NCBI GenBank assembly: GCA_965644265.1
Contig: OZ286477.1
Location: 56,854,001-56,918,000 of the forward strand
DNA from: Glycera tridactyla
Lineage: Eukaryota
Direction: 5' to 3'
Length of the DNA stretch: 64,000 nucleotides
Shown here: piece after piece, positions 1-11,395 of the stretch
Position numbering within the stretch: position 1 is the stretch's first letter
How the letters are laid out: the number at the start of each line of letters is the position of its first letter
Position numbers and translations under genes: made by a program
The notes under the pieces: generated by a model
Databases searched by the model: none
Seen by the model: the letters and a program-made list of their open reading frames with translations, nothing else
Told to the model about the DNA's origin: nothing

Positions 1-109
1 TTTTTCACTATAATCCACCTGCTCTAAGCAACCACCTGTTCTAAGCAGCCACTATTTCAATTCCTGAAGGGTGGTTGCTCAGAACAGCTTTGACTGTACA
101 GGTACTCAC

Positions 110-216
110 TTGCCACATCAGAACCCCCACCCTGCTCACTGACTCCGAGGCAAGCCACTTTATCACCAGCAATGGATGGCGCCAGAAACTCTTTCTTTAC
201 AGTCTCACTGCCATGT
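110..216 (-). CDS. ACAD exon 4
   Basis: Acceptor tgtttcAG, donor A|GTGAGT; HGSETVKKEFLAPSIAGDKVACLGVSEQGGGSDVA. Confidence 0.9.
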
Positions 217-3200
217 CTGAAACACAAAATCAAAGATGAAGAATATGACATATACATGTATATGCAGAACACCCACACTGCTAGTTTCTTTTCTGCTCAC
301 AGTAAATCCATCATTTTCTTGTTCAATGATACATTATTATGCGAAAGATTTGCAGATCGGTGTACCACCAACGAATTTAGACTCTCTCATCGGGAGAGTG
401 AGTCTGGCCTCTCCACTTTCCCAGAGTTAGATACACTCTCCCCGGAATTTAGGAGAGTGGCCAAATTCAAAGACTACACCGACCAGTTCATCTCGCAGTC
501 TGGGTCAGCATTAACCAAGTAGCCAAAGGCGAAAATATCCATCACCTGGCTTAAGATATCAAGGATATCTCGATAGAGCTCTACTCCAGTGTACCAAAAA
601 GTCATCCTATAACAGGGCCCACAGCCAGATATCTCAACAAGTTTCAAACATAGCCTACACTGAAGGCGGACCTCGCCTTGGCGAAGCCACACAACACGCC
701 GCATCAAGAAAGGCATTTATATCTTAAGTTTACACAAACAAAACAGTGCTGCTTCTTTGATGGGTGCATACAGTTCCTGATTGCATAGGAAGACCCAATA
801 CATAATTATGCATGGAAAGGTACCTTTCCTCAAAAAATCTTTTTGAAAAAGGAAATTTCTCTAAAATAATAGTACAGGGCCCTACACTAGTGGTTGCCCT
901 ACTGGCACAGGCAGGCAGGTGCTTTTATCAATCTGCCTGCCCGATGGACAAGTACCCAACCCTTATTTGGGCTATGATTATATGCAGGAGGGCAGGTGAA
1001 AATGACAGGGAAGGCAGGTAAAAATCCTACTTCATCTGCCCAAATGACAGCTGAAGAAAAAAGTTAACGGAAAGCCCTGCAGTGGCTGGCATTCATTCAG
1101 GAATACTATGAATTGCATCCACGCCAAGTTTGGTGTGGCTATGAACAGCCACCATCTTCAAAAAGATCGATTTCTGAAAAACCAATTTTCACCCCAAAAC
1201 CAACCAGGCCTTTTGGGAGACCTCATCTATGGCTGGCATTCATTAGGGAATGCTATGAATTGCATCAATGCCAAGTTTGGGGTGGCTATAAACAGCCACC
1301 ATCTTTAGAGAAATCCATTTCTGAAAAAAACCATTTTCAACCCCAAAACCAACCAGGCCTGTTGGGAGACCCCATCTATGGCTGGCATTCATTAGGGAAT
1401 GCTATGAATTGCATCCATGCCAAGTTTGGAGTGGCTGTGAACCGCCACCATCTTTAGAAAAATCCATTTCTGAAAAACAAATTTTCACCCCAAAACCAAC
1501 CAGGCCTATTGGGAGACCCCATCTATGGCTGGCATTCATTAGGGAATGCTATGAATTGCATCCATGCCAAGTTTGGAGTGGCTGTGAACCGCCACCATCT
1601 TTAGAAAAATCTATTTCTGAAAAAACAATTTTCACCCCAAAACCAACCAGACCCTTTGGGAGACCCCATCTATGGCTTGCATTCATCAGGAGATGCAATA
1701 AAATGCATCCTTGTTGAGTTTGGTGTGTCCCGGTACTCAAATATCACTGAAATTGTCAGAGTCCAGTCATTCAAAAAAAAGTGAGGTTTTATCCCAAATC
1801 CATGATACATCACTCGACTGGCATGCATACGGCTGTGGTGATGGTTGGATGGCCCCCCGAATACACTGGAGCATGTGTACATCAAATCTGGTGGAGGTAG
1901 GGGGCCATGGTTGAAGAGTGACCTGGCCTGAACAAAAACTAAGACATAAAGTCCAATTTCCCACAAATGAGCAATTTCACCCCAAAATCACTACCCTGAA
2001 CTGAGATACTGCTGCTGTGAGGGTAAACATCCCCTGTAACACAATGGAGCATGCGTGCATGAAAACTGGTGATGGTAGGGGCCATGGTTGTGGAGTCACC
2101 TGACTCCAACAAAAACTTTGACGTGAAGTCCATATCCTCAAAAATATGCATTTTCACCCAAAAATATGATACAAAACTGGGATAATGCTGAATGGATGGA
2201 TGGACACCTTTCCCAATACTCAGGAGTATGTGTGTAGGAAATCTGGTGGTGGTAGGGGCCATAGTTGCTGAGCTACAGACTTCAATGAAAAACTTTGACG
2301 TAAAACTTTGACGTAAAACTTGTATTATAGCCCATGTGCACAAGATCTGATGATGGTAGGAGGGTTAAAGAGAAACTTTGACATGAAATCTTGCAGAAAA
2401 AAAAAACTTTGACACAAAACATTGTAAGGGTGTGGACGCCGACGCCGACGCTGATGCGAGGACAATACCTCTCTTCAACTTCGTTGAGGCGAGGTAAAAA
2501 GGGTTTCACTTAATAGGAAATGAGGGCAGCCTGTCTGTTTACGGGACATTGGGATGGGCCATTCACCCCAACGCCCCCTCTGGATTAGACACTAAACTGC
2601 TGATCTATTGACTGACCTGGCAAGTGAGGGTGTAGCCATGTCGCTCTGTACACCGACGGACATCGGGATCGCGCCACAGTTGATGGTGCCCAGCTCTTCA
2701 GCCACTGCCGTGTTGTAAGAATAATCCAGACCAAGTCCACCATATGCTGTAACCAATAATAATAAGGCTTTAAAGATATGAGATTATAGAAATTTGTTCT
2801 GTTCCACCTAAAACCTCTGTAAAATTTATATTACGCATTTTCAAAGGGCACCTCCTGTCTTACACATCTTCCTCCTGCTCCGGCTAGGGGTTTGGTGCCA
2901 TGCTGGAGATCACAGGTTCAAATCCACAAGGAATCAGAGGATTTCTGAAAATGTAATTCGTACTTTTTAATGGTGTTTTGTGGAAATATTCTATGTATTA
3001 TTCCATGAAATTTGGATACTTCTTGTGGCGATGCCGACTATCAAAAGTATGATTTGAGAGTTCCTAAATGAACTTGGAAATTAATCCTGTTTACTTTCAT
3101 CATGGTCTATTCTACAACAAGCTACTATTGTAGCATGTTTCATCTGAAAAAAGGAAGAAATCTGAAAGCTCAATCATGTATACATGTTGTATGGCAGCAA

Positions 3201-4994
3201 GGAGATTTTTTGACCATGTGGTGGTTCCTTGAGTGAAGTACAGTTTCACTGGCATCATGATTGATTGAGTGGATGAGTGAGTAAGTGAGTGAGTGAGTGA
3301 GTGGGTGAGTGAGAGAGTGAGTGGGTGAGTGTGTGGGTGGGCGAGTGAGTGTGTGGGTGGGTGAGTGGGTGAGTGAGCAAGCAAGTGTATGAGTGAGTGA
3401 GTGCAAGAGTGAGTGAGTGAGTGCATGAGTGAGTGAATGAGTGGGCGAGTGAGTGAGNNNNNNNNNNNNNNNNNNNNNNNNNNNNNNNNNNNNNNNNNNN
3501 NNNNNNNNNNNNNNNNNNNNNNNNNNNNNNNNNNNNNNNNNNNNNNNNNNNNNNNNNNNNNNNNNNNNNNNNNNNNNNNNNNNNNNNNNNNNNNNNNNNN
3601 NNNNNNNNNNNNNNNNNNNNNNNNNNNNNNNNNNNNNNNNNNNNNNNNNNNNNNNTTATGACAATGCGCAAGTATAAAATCCAAAAGAACAAAGGTCATC
3701 AAAAAAAGAATGCATCACCCTGATCTAAGTTTCACAATGCTCATGGATAGAACAGCCACATCCATTTTCTCTGGTGATTCATAGCAATATTATCAATGCA
3801 TCCATGGGTATCCATTGGGTGCACATGAGGAGATAATCTTCCTCGAGTAGAATAGTATAGCCACTCACCTGGATCTCTGTTGACACCCAGAAGACCAGCG
3901 TCACCGAGTTTCTTCATGACAGTGTGAGCCGGATACTGTCCTGATGCCTCCCATTCATCAACATATGGGTTGATGTCCTTCTCAATGATCTGGAAAAGAG
4001 AAAGCAAAACATGCCCTACTGCATATAATCATAGCCTAAATATTGTTCAAGTATCTGTCCTCTCTATAAAGACCACCTCTAAAGGCCTCCCCGAGCTGCG
4101 ACCGAGGTAGTATTTTCCAACAGTAAACAACCTCTCTATAAAGACCACCTCCCCACAATGGCCCCATTTTGATGCAATCGAAGGAGGTCTTTATAGAGAG
4201 GTTTGACTGTACATTATTTCTGAACGGACAGACTTTGATGACATCTCCATTGAGGGGAAATGTAATCTTGATGAAGGTGGCAGTCATATCATCATAGTCT
4301 TGAGCCCTACTCGGTACCAATAATGTTTGTAAATTTGACCTTTTAATCCAATAAAATGAAAGTGAAACCCCTTCAAGTGGCAAAGTATATCATAAGACCA
4401 GGTTTAATGATCATCTTATAATATTCAGCAAGTTATATAACTAGGGTTCAAAGCAAGTTGTACCATCATTAAAAACCCTGAAGAATGCTGATCTTTATGA
4501 GAGACATTCTCCTTCGTCGGCTTCGATATATGGATCTGTGAAACTTCATCAAGTGACCATGTCCAGGACCTGATGACCTCTGACAATAGTGACCTGGGTA
4601 CAACTTAATCTCAATAACACTGTAAATCACAAAAGAACAGAAAAGCACTGTGGGTGTGGTGACCATCAAAGCAGGTGGGTTCAAGAGAATCCCCTACCCT
4701 AAGTTCTTATCATGATATGGCCAAAGACACACTTCACTCATTCATTCAACCATGTCCAAGCGCCAGTATCAGTGAGCAGGTGAGAACAGTGGACTTTACC
4801 TTCCTCAGTGTCCTTCTCATTTCATTGTGCTCTTGTGAGAACAATTTGTTGGGCAGAGGTACGCTGTCATTAGGCACATTTTGGTGTACAGCTGAAAGGC
4901 ATAATGTTCTCCATGTTGAAATCCGACCTGACATAAAATGTCGTTGCGCTAGCGCCGATGACCAACTCAAACTTGACAGACGACACAGAGCCAT
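110..4994 (-). CDS. Acyl-CoA dehydrogenase (ACAD family; acdh-6/AtuD-like), 5' portion; the gene continues beyond the left edge. Exons 4994-4800, 3989-3869, 2746-2617, 216-110
   Basis: GT-AG junctions with consistent phases (0,1,2,1) give MALCRLSS...FSQEHNEMRRTLRK|IIEKDINPYVDEWEASGQYPAHTVMKKLGDAGLLGVNRDP|AYGGLGLDYSYNTAVAEELGTINCGAIPMSVGVQSDMATPSLA|RHGSETVKKEFLAPSIAGDKVACLGVSEQGGGSDVA. This includes the ACAD motifs YGGLG and SExxGGSD. The Arg/Ser/Leu-rich N-terminus resembles a mitochondrial presequence. Confidence 0.92.
1083..2500 (+). mobile_element. HINE/Helentron-like non-autonomous element containing a ~147-bp tandem array (1083-~1720)
   Basis: Units start at about 1083, 1230, 1379, 1526 and 1673; degenerate related units follow, then (GACGCC)n and a 3' hairpin ACCTC..TCAAC-TTC-GTTGA..GAGGT followed by AAAAA. 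Confidence 0.65.
2617..2746 (-). CDS. ACAD exon 3
   Basis: Acceptor ttacAG, donor AG|GTCAGT; YGGLGLDYSYNTAVAEELG. Confidence 0.9.
3262..3457. repeat. (GAGT/GGGT)n microsatellite next to an N gap
   Basis: Visible tetranucleotide repeat. Confidence 0.95.
3869..3989 (-). CDS. ACAD exon 2
   Basis: Acceptor cttttccAG, donor CAG|GTGAGT; IIEKDINPYVDEWE. Confidence 0.9.
4800..4994 (-). CDS. ACAD exon 1
   Basis: ATG in aaacATGg context at 4994; donor AAG|GTAAAG. Confidence 0.8.
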
Positions 4995-5164
4995 GTTTAC
5001 TTGTGTAGCCTCTCTCAGCCAATCTTGCGCTGCAGCGACCTGCGTGAGGGAGGCTCCCCAGCAGCGAGCATCACGTCGGCCATTCACTAGCTGCTTGCGG
5101 CCCGCGGGCGATTCTCCTCAGAGGTACGCATCGCATTCTTTGTGAAGGGAGTAGACAAGGCAAC
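4995..5164. promoter_or_regulatory. Putative bidirectional promoter / 5' UTRs shared by ACAD and USB1
   Basis: Only 170 bp separate the divergent ATGs; the stretch is CpG-rich relative to its flanks. Confidence 0.7.
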
Positions 5165-5346
5165 ATGGCTGCGAGTCGTCTCTTGCGCGACGGCTTGGTG
5201 TCATACTCGGGGAGTTCCAGCGAAGATGAGGAGGACAGTTCCAACAACTCACAAGAATCAGTGCAGGGCGTGAAAAGGGCGGCATGCGTGAACACTACAG
5301 ACAACATACCCGCAAAGAAAATAAGAAACACGGTTGTGGATTCACG
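5165..5346 (+). CDS. USB1: USB1 exon 1
   Basis: caacATGg start; [14 protein letters not shown]; donor CG|GTGAGC. Confidence 0.88.
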
Positions 5347-8300
5347 GTGAGCGATAATATCGGAATTTTGTTGTTGAAATGTGTATTGGTAGATAAGTTG
5401 GTGGGATGATTGATAAGTGCCTGGGTTGATTGAGCAATGATCAAGTAGATCAATTGATCAATGAGCCTGGGTTGTCGAGTAGTTGTTGTTGTTGAGTGGT
5501 GGGATTGAATTGATTGATGATTGAGGTTGATTGATTGATTGATTGATCAGTGAGCAGATCAAATGATTGATAAGTGCATAGATGGATTGATCATTGAGCT
5601 GGTGGATTGATTGATTAATGAGGATTAGTTGAATTGATTGATAAGCTGGTTGGTCAATTGAGTGGAATATGCAAGTGGATTGGTTAATGAGTGGTTTGAT
5701 CAGTTGATTGATTGGCCTATTTATGTGGTGAATTGATTAGGTGTATGATTGAATCATCAATTGATCCATGAATAAATGGACTGAATGATTGGTGAGCTAG
5801 TGAATTGATTGATTGGTGAGTGGGTGGATTGATGGATTAATAAGTGAATGATTGATTGATAAGTGATTGATGGATGGTCTGGTTGATGGTTGGATGGTCA
5901 GGTTGATTACTATTGGTGGGTGGCTGTGTTGATGGGGGCAGTCAATGGTTGGGTTGATGAGTGGGTTCAGGGATCAATGGCCAAATTTATGAATGGGGTG
6001 ATGGGTAGAATGTTGGATAGATGGTTGGGTTGCTGGAGGGGTGATTGGAATGACAGATGGATGGTTGGGTTAATGGGAGGATTGATAAATGTATGGTTGT
6101 GTTGATGGATGGATGGTTAGACTGATGGATGGATGACTGGGTTGATGGTTGAGTTGATGTATTGATGGTTGGGTTGATGGATGGATGGATGGATGGATGG
6201 ATGGATGGATGGATGGATGAATCGAGGGAGGAAGGAAGGAAGGGAGAAGTGTTGGGTGGGAAAATGCATTGCTACAGGCTTGAGTGACGATTCCAGCCAG
6301 TTATATGGGTGGATATGCCATAGTCAGGTTCAATATATTCATGTCAGATAGGTAGAGTGTATGAAGATTCAGCTTCTTACACTTGATAACCTGTGGTTTT
6401 ATCGAGCTAGAGACAGGAAAGAGCACACTTACAGTTTGACTTGTAGGAGGGGGTCGGTCGATCCGAGATCTTTCGGTTCTTCAGAACCTCTTCAGGGCGA
6501 TGTTTCCCCAAACTGAACGTTGGCTGTGGTATGCCAACGTCCTGGCAGTTACACGCGGTATCCATAGAGGTTGCTATGGGTACCATGCTGAGGTTGCTGC
6601 TGTTGCTATCCTGTGACATCACAGTAGAGTTGTCTCTGTATTCCACCAGATGGCAATTGCAGTATCATTGTTCCTCATAGATGGCAGTTTTCACTGTCTT
6701 CTCTGTGTGGATGCCAGGGTTTGGGCCCAACTCGCGGGAGTTGGGGACCCCCTCCTTACCGATCCCCAGGAGGGAGGACCTGAGGGATGTTTGTCCTACA
6801 TGGACGGCTGTGACTGGTTACAACAGGTCCTCTCCTCCCTAGAGTTGAGGCCGAACGGTGTCAACGTTCTCATTTTGAAGATCCAGTGATGTTCTCTGGA
6901 CTTTCTGTACACTTCTGCTTGGTTGCTTGGGCATCTGATGAACTCGAGGGCTGTCACACTCAGTTTGTGGCTAGTGGGCTCCAGTCCAAAATGTCTAGCT
7001 ACCGTCGTCGGCTCCTTGTTGAAAGCGCTTGGTGGTGCTGTGTCTGGGTATGATACATGTTTAATGTCCCTTAAGTGTTCATAGAGTCTGTCCTGCAATC
7101 TGCGCTTGGTCTGTCCAATATAGCTGATTCTGTGTTTGGTACATGTCAGTTGATAGATGAGGTTGTTGCTCTTGCAACTTGCCCATTTCGGGGTCGAATA
7201 TACTTTGCCCGAGTGTAGTTGCTGGACTTGACCTGTTTGTGTCAGGAGAGTGCAGTACTGACAGTTTGTCTTTTCACATTCTTCAGGAATCGCTTTGCCA
7301 GAGACATGAGCGGCGGGTCTGTGGTTTTATGCTCGGGGTTTGTGAGCATGATGCCTGCAGAGAATAGGACATCTAGCTTTCATTGACCAGAAACACCTCT
7401 CCAGCCCATGAACCACAGTTACCAGGATTGGGGAAACCAGCTGCCAGCATTTGATGACCCCATTCTGACTTCTGTGTAGCATTATGCTCCATTCAGCCAA
7501 GAGCACCAGAAAGTGGTCTACTTTCAGAATTTGTCCAAAAGTGGGAAGAAAATGTACTGATATGCTACTATATCTTGTAGGATTCACTTTAATTGTGTAT
7601 TCTTTGTTCCAGATGTGTTCTTCCATCTGTTCCAGATGGAATAATTTCCATGTTTGGTGGGGAATCCGCTTCCCATGATGATGATTCGGCTGCTCATGGT
7701 GGGCGTGTTAGGACATTTGCACATGAAAGAGGGAACTGGGCAACTTATGTCTATGCTCAAGGTATGCATGTTTGTGGAGAGATGAGGATTATGTGTTCTC
7801 TTAACATGCTTGCTTGTTTTATTGGGAAGTTTACAAAGAGAACAGTTTCCATGTTCTAGGGGCCCACCACAATTATGGTGATTCCAAGTTAAGTTGCATT
7901 CACAAAGATGAACAGCAGGGTTATATCTTCAGAGATGCCAGCTGATATGATGTTTTAGTAATGACTACTCTTGTTTTGGGTCAGAATCATTGTATTTTGT
8001 GAGTGATGTCATTCTGCTGAATCGAGACTTTTCTTATTACCAGGGATTGTTCTTCAGATACCTGGTTTTTGTCCCACCTGCTTTAGCAGTGGTGGGACAT
8101 AGATGTTACTGTTCCGTCATCGTCGGCGTCGGCATTGTTAAAAATTGGTTAAAAAAAGTTTAAAAAGTATAATTGGGTAATTTTGAGGGTAAAGAAGTCT
8201 TTTTTATTTGTGAGTTTGCAATTTTCTGAGCAAGCCGGGCCCAATAGCTGTCAATATTGTGTGAGACCCCAAGGAAATATACACCATTTCTCTCGGCTTG

Positions 8301-11300
8301 CCTTTCATTGTTATGTAAGGTTCTCAGTAATTGACAAACACGTTTGGTTGCTTTCGTCATGAAGCAATAGCTCCACTTCTGCTTCAATAAACAGTACTGC
8401 AAGGGCTGAATCAAACATTTGTCTGTGTTGGTGTATATATGTGTTGTCCTTGTCTGTGTTATGTAACACAGTTGTTGATTTCTCGGAGCCCTTGCTCTCT
8501 CAACCAGCCCTTGCTCACTCAACCATTGCATGAATAGAAGCACATACAGTGAAACCTGCGATGAGAGACCCCCCAAGCAGTGTTCCGTCAGAGGTGGTCT
8601 CCCATCAGGGGGTTTCTCGTCGCAGGTTTCACTGTATAGTGAAGAGAGACTCCCAAGGAGAGACCACTTTTCAGTGCAGCTTTTCTATTTGACAGTCTAA
8701 TATACCTCAAACGAAAGACCACCTCTTTTGAGAGACCACTTTTTTTGTGACATTTAAGGTGGTCTCTCATCGCAGGTTTCACTGTAGTCCATTTTCTTCC
8801 CTCTGCAGATTATAGTTCTGCCTTTAACAAAGGCCAGACATAGGCGTGCCATCATTCTCACCATCAACACTGATTAGGATCCCAATTAAGATTCCAGGTA
8901 GTTTTTGTCCCGCCTGCTTTAGCTCTCGCAGGCGGGACATATTGCTCCATGGGGCAGCTTGTTATTCACAAGTTTATTATGTCATGTACATGTATGTGAC
9001 AGAGAAGGGCCTTTCCAGCTGATTCTTTTTACATGTACTTTTAAATCGAGAAATTCAGACGAGAATTAGTGGAGCTAGAGTACAGAGTTAGTACTGCGTT
9101 ATAGTAGCCGTTACTTAGTCAGTAGCTGTTTGGGTTCGTTGGTCCACAAAATTGTGCTGAGGACTGTTCCTGGCCAGGATATCATTTTTTTGTTGTCGTC
9201 AGCCAATCACATCCCTGTATCACCCATTGCAAATACAGTCGAACCTGCTCTAAAGACCACCTCTCTATAGAGGCCACCTGAGCTGCGACCGTGGTAGTAT
9301 TTTCAACAGTAAATGACCTCACTATAGAGACCACCTGCCCATAAAGACCGCTTTTCGATGCGACCGAATGCGGTCTTTATAGACAGGTTTGACTGTACAT
9401 ACTGGCTTTGCTACACTAACATTTGTACATTGATACAATGAAACCTCTTTGCAAAAGACCCCTCTCGCGAGACTGCCCTCTTTTGAGAAACAGCTTTTCA
9501 TCGGTTCATTTCTATTTAGCATAGTTAGATATGAGAGACAACCTCTCTTGTCTTGAGAGACCACTTGTGACTGGCATTTTGGGCTGTTTCTCAAGAGAGG
9601 CCTTACGGTAATTCTGGTCATCAGGTCTTGGTATCCCTGTTTTTCTTTCAGTTCCGGAGCCCAGTATTACTTCGATGAAAGACCTGACAGAGTCCTTGAT
9701 TGATGTGCTCACGGATGAGACTAACGTGCAGTTCCAAGCCATCACTGACCTTCACCTGACCTTGTCACGTACTCTCGTTCTCCGTCATCACTGGATTGAA
9801 GATCTGATGTCATCACTACGAACCTCTCTCAGCAAACACCAGAGGTTGGTTGAGCTTTTGACTATGTCCAAGTTTACGTTATGTGATAAGTGAAGTCTTT
9901 TCCATGTAAAATGTGGGTAAATCCTGCCGACTCCAATTGTGACGGGTACATTTTCCTTCCTAACAATGCAAATTGGCATGGAATTGAGATGAAACTAAAT
10001 CCAGACTCCGTTGACATCTCTGGCAACTAAAAATGAACATCTGATTTTGCTGAAATTCAATTATGCCCTTCTGGCGAATATTTGGAGCTGTCACCCAAAA
10101 TGCAGTGCGTGTTATGAATCTAGAAATATTATAGAAACTTTCTGGTAAGCACAAATTTGACAATATGCAATCAGACTGAAGCCATTTGCCTAATTTTGTC
10201 TGCTGATTGCTCATCAATGTAGAGATTATGATTTGTACATGTTAATTGATCAAGTTTTCTCATATTTGTCCTGTCTTGCTATGAGAAAATCTGGTCTGCT
10301 AAATTCATTCACTCATATTCAGCAACTTCTGCCGAAAGCTTTGTAGAGCTAGCAAGTAGCTGAGTTCCAAGTTTTTGAAAACCTGGTATCATTCCTGATG
10401 TGGAATCGGGTCAGATTTGAGAAAGTGTCACTTGTTCTCAGGATGTTGTCTTTTTTTTCCCTTCCAGGTTATGGTGCAGCTTTCATTTGCCTAGATTTTA
10501 CTGTAATGATGAGAAAACAAGGTAAGTCCCAATTGTTGGTCATTTCAGGAGAATATCCTTGCAAAAAATGCATGAAATATACAGTTCAACCTTCTTTAAA
10601 GACCACCTCTATAAAGACCACCCTGAGCTGCGACTGTGGTGGTATTTTCAGCAGTAAATGATCTCTCTATACAGACCACCTTCCTGAAAAGGCCACTTTC
10701 TGATGTGACCAAAGGTGGTCTTTATAGAGAGGTTCAACTGTAGTAGGAGTATCTGACCCACTAATCAAGGTCAGTAATTGATACCATGGAATCATCGGCA
10801 TGAATTTTATTTTGGAATCTCATACCAACTAGTGACTGAAAGTCAAGTGATGCACCACTATATGAGGTTTTTGTGGCATCCTTTTCCCCCCACTCTTATC
10901 TAAGTGATAATGAAGCGAAAATTTAGTGGAGGAATTTCATTCATATTTATCACCCTCTGTTCCAAAAAAAATCTGAAACAAGGCATAAATGCACAAAAGG
11001 CTTGCATGCACGCTGNNNNNNNNNNNNNNNNNNNNNNNNNNNNNNNNNNNNNNNNNNNNNNNNNNNNNNNNNNNNNNNNNNNNNNNNNNNNNNNNNNNNN
11101 NNNNNNNNNNNNNNNNNNNNNNNNNNNNNNNNNNNNNNNNNNNNNNNNNNNNNNNNNNNNNNNNNNNNNNNNNNNNNNNNNNNNNNNCCCCACTCACTCA
11201 CTCATCTCCCCACCCCAGGCCCTACCTCCCCGACCCCCAGACCCCCCCCACCAATCCCCCCCCCCCCACCCATCCCCTCTCACACACACACCCAACCCCA

Positions 11301-11360
11301 TATCTGCGGCCCACCCCCACCCATCTTCCCCACCCCTACTGTCACCCATCCCTGGCCCTT

Positions 11361-11395
<35 letters not shown>

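Noticed and set aside
172-522. 116-aa plus-strand ORF
   Set aside because: Antisense overlap with ACAD exon 4/intron, no recognisable domain and no splice partners found
1083-1720. Regularly spaced repeats that might suggest a CRISPR array (also 19390-20150 and 61608-61878)
   Set aside because: Head-to-tail monomers with no unique spacers, no cas genes and a eukaryotic intron context
4995-5087. Longer ACAD N-terminus (MNGRRD...)
   Set aside because: The ORF-track start is GTG; the first in-frame ATG with good context is 4994
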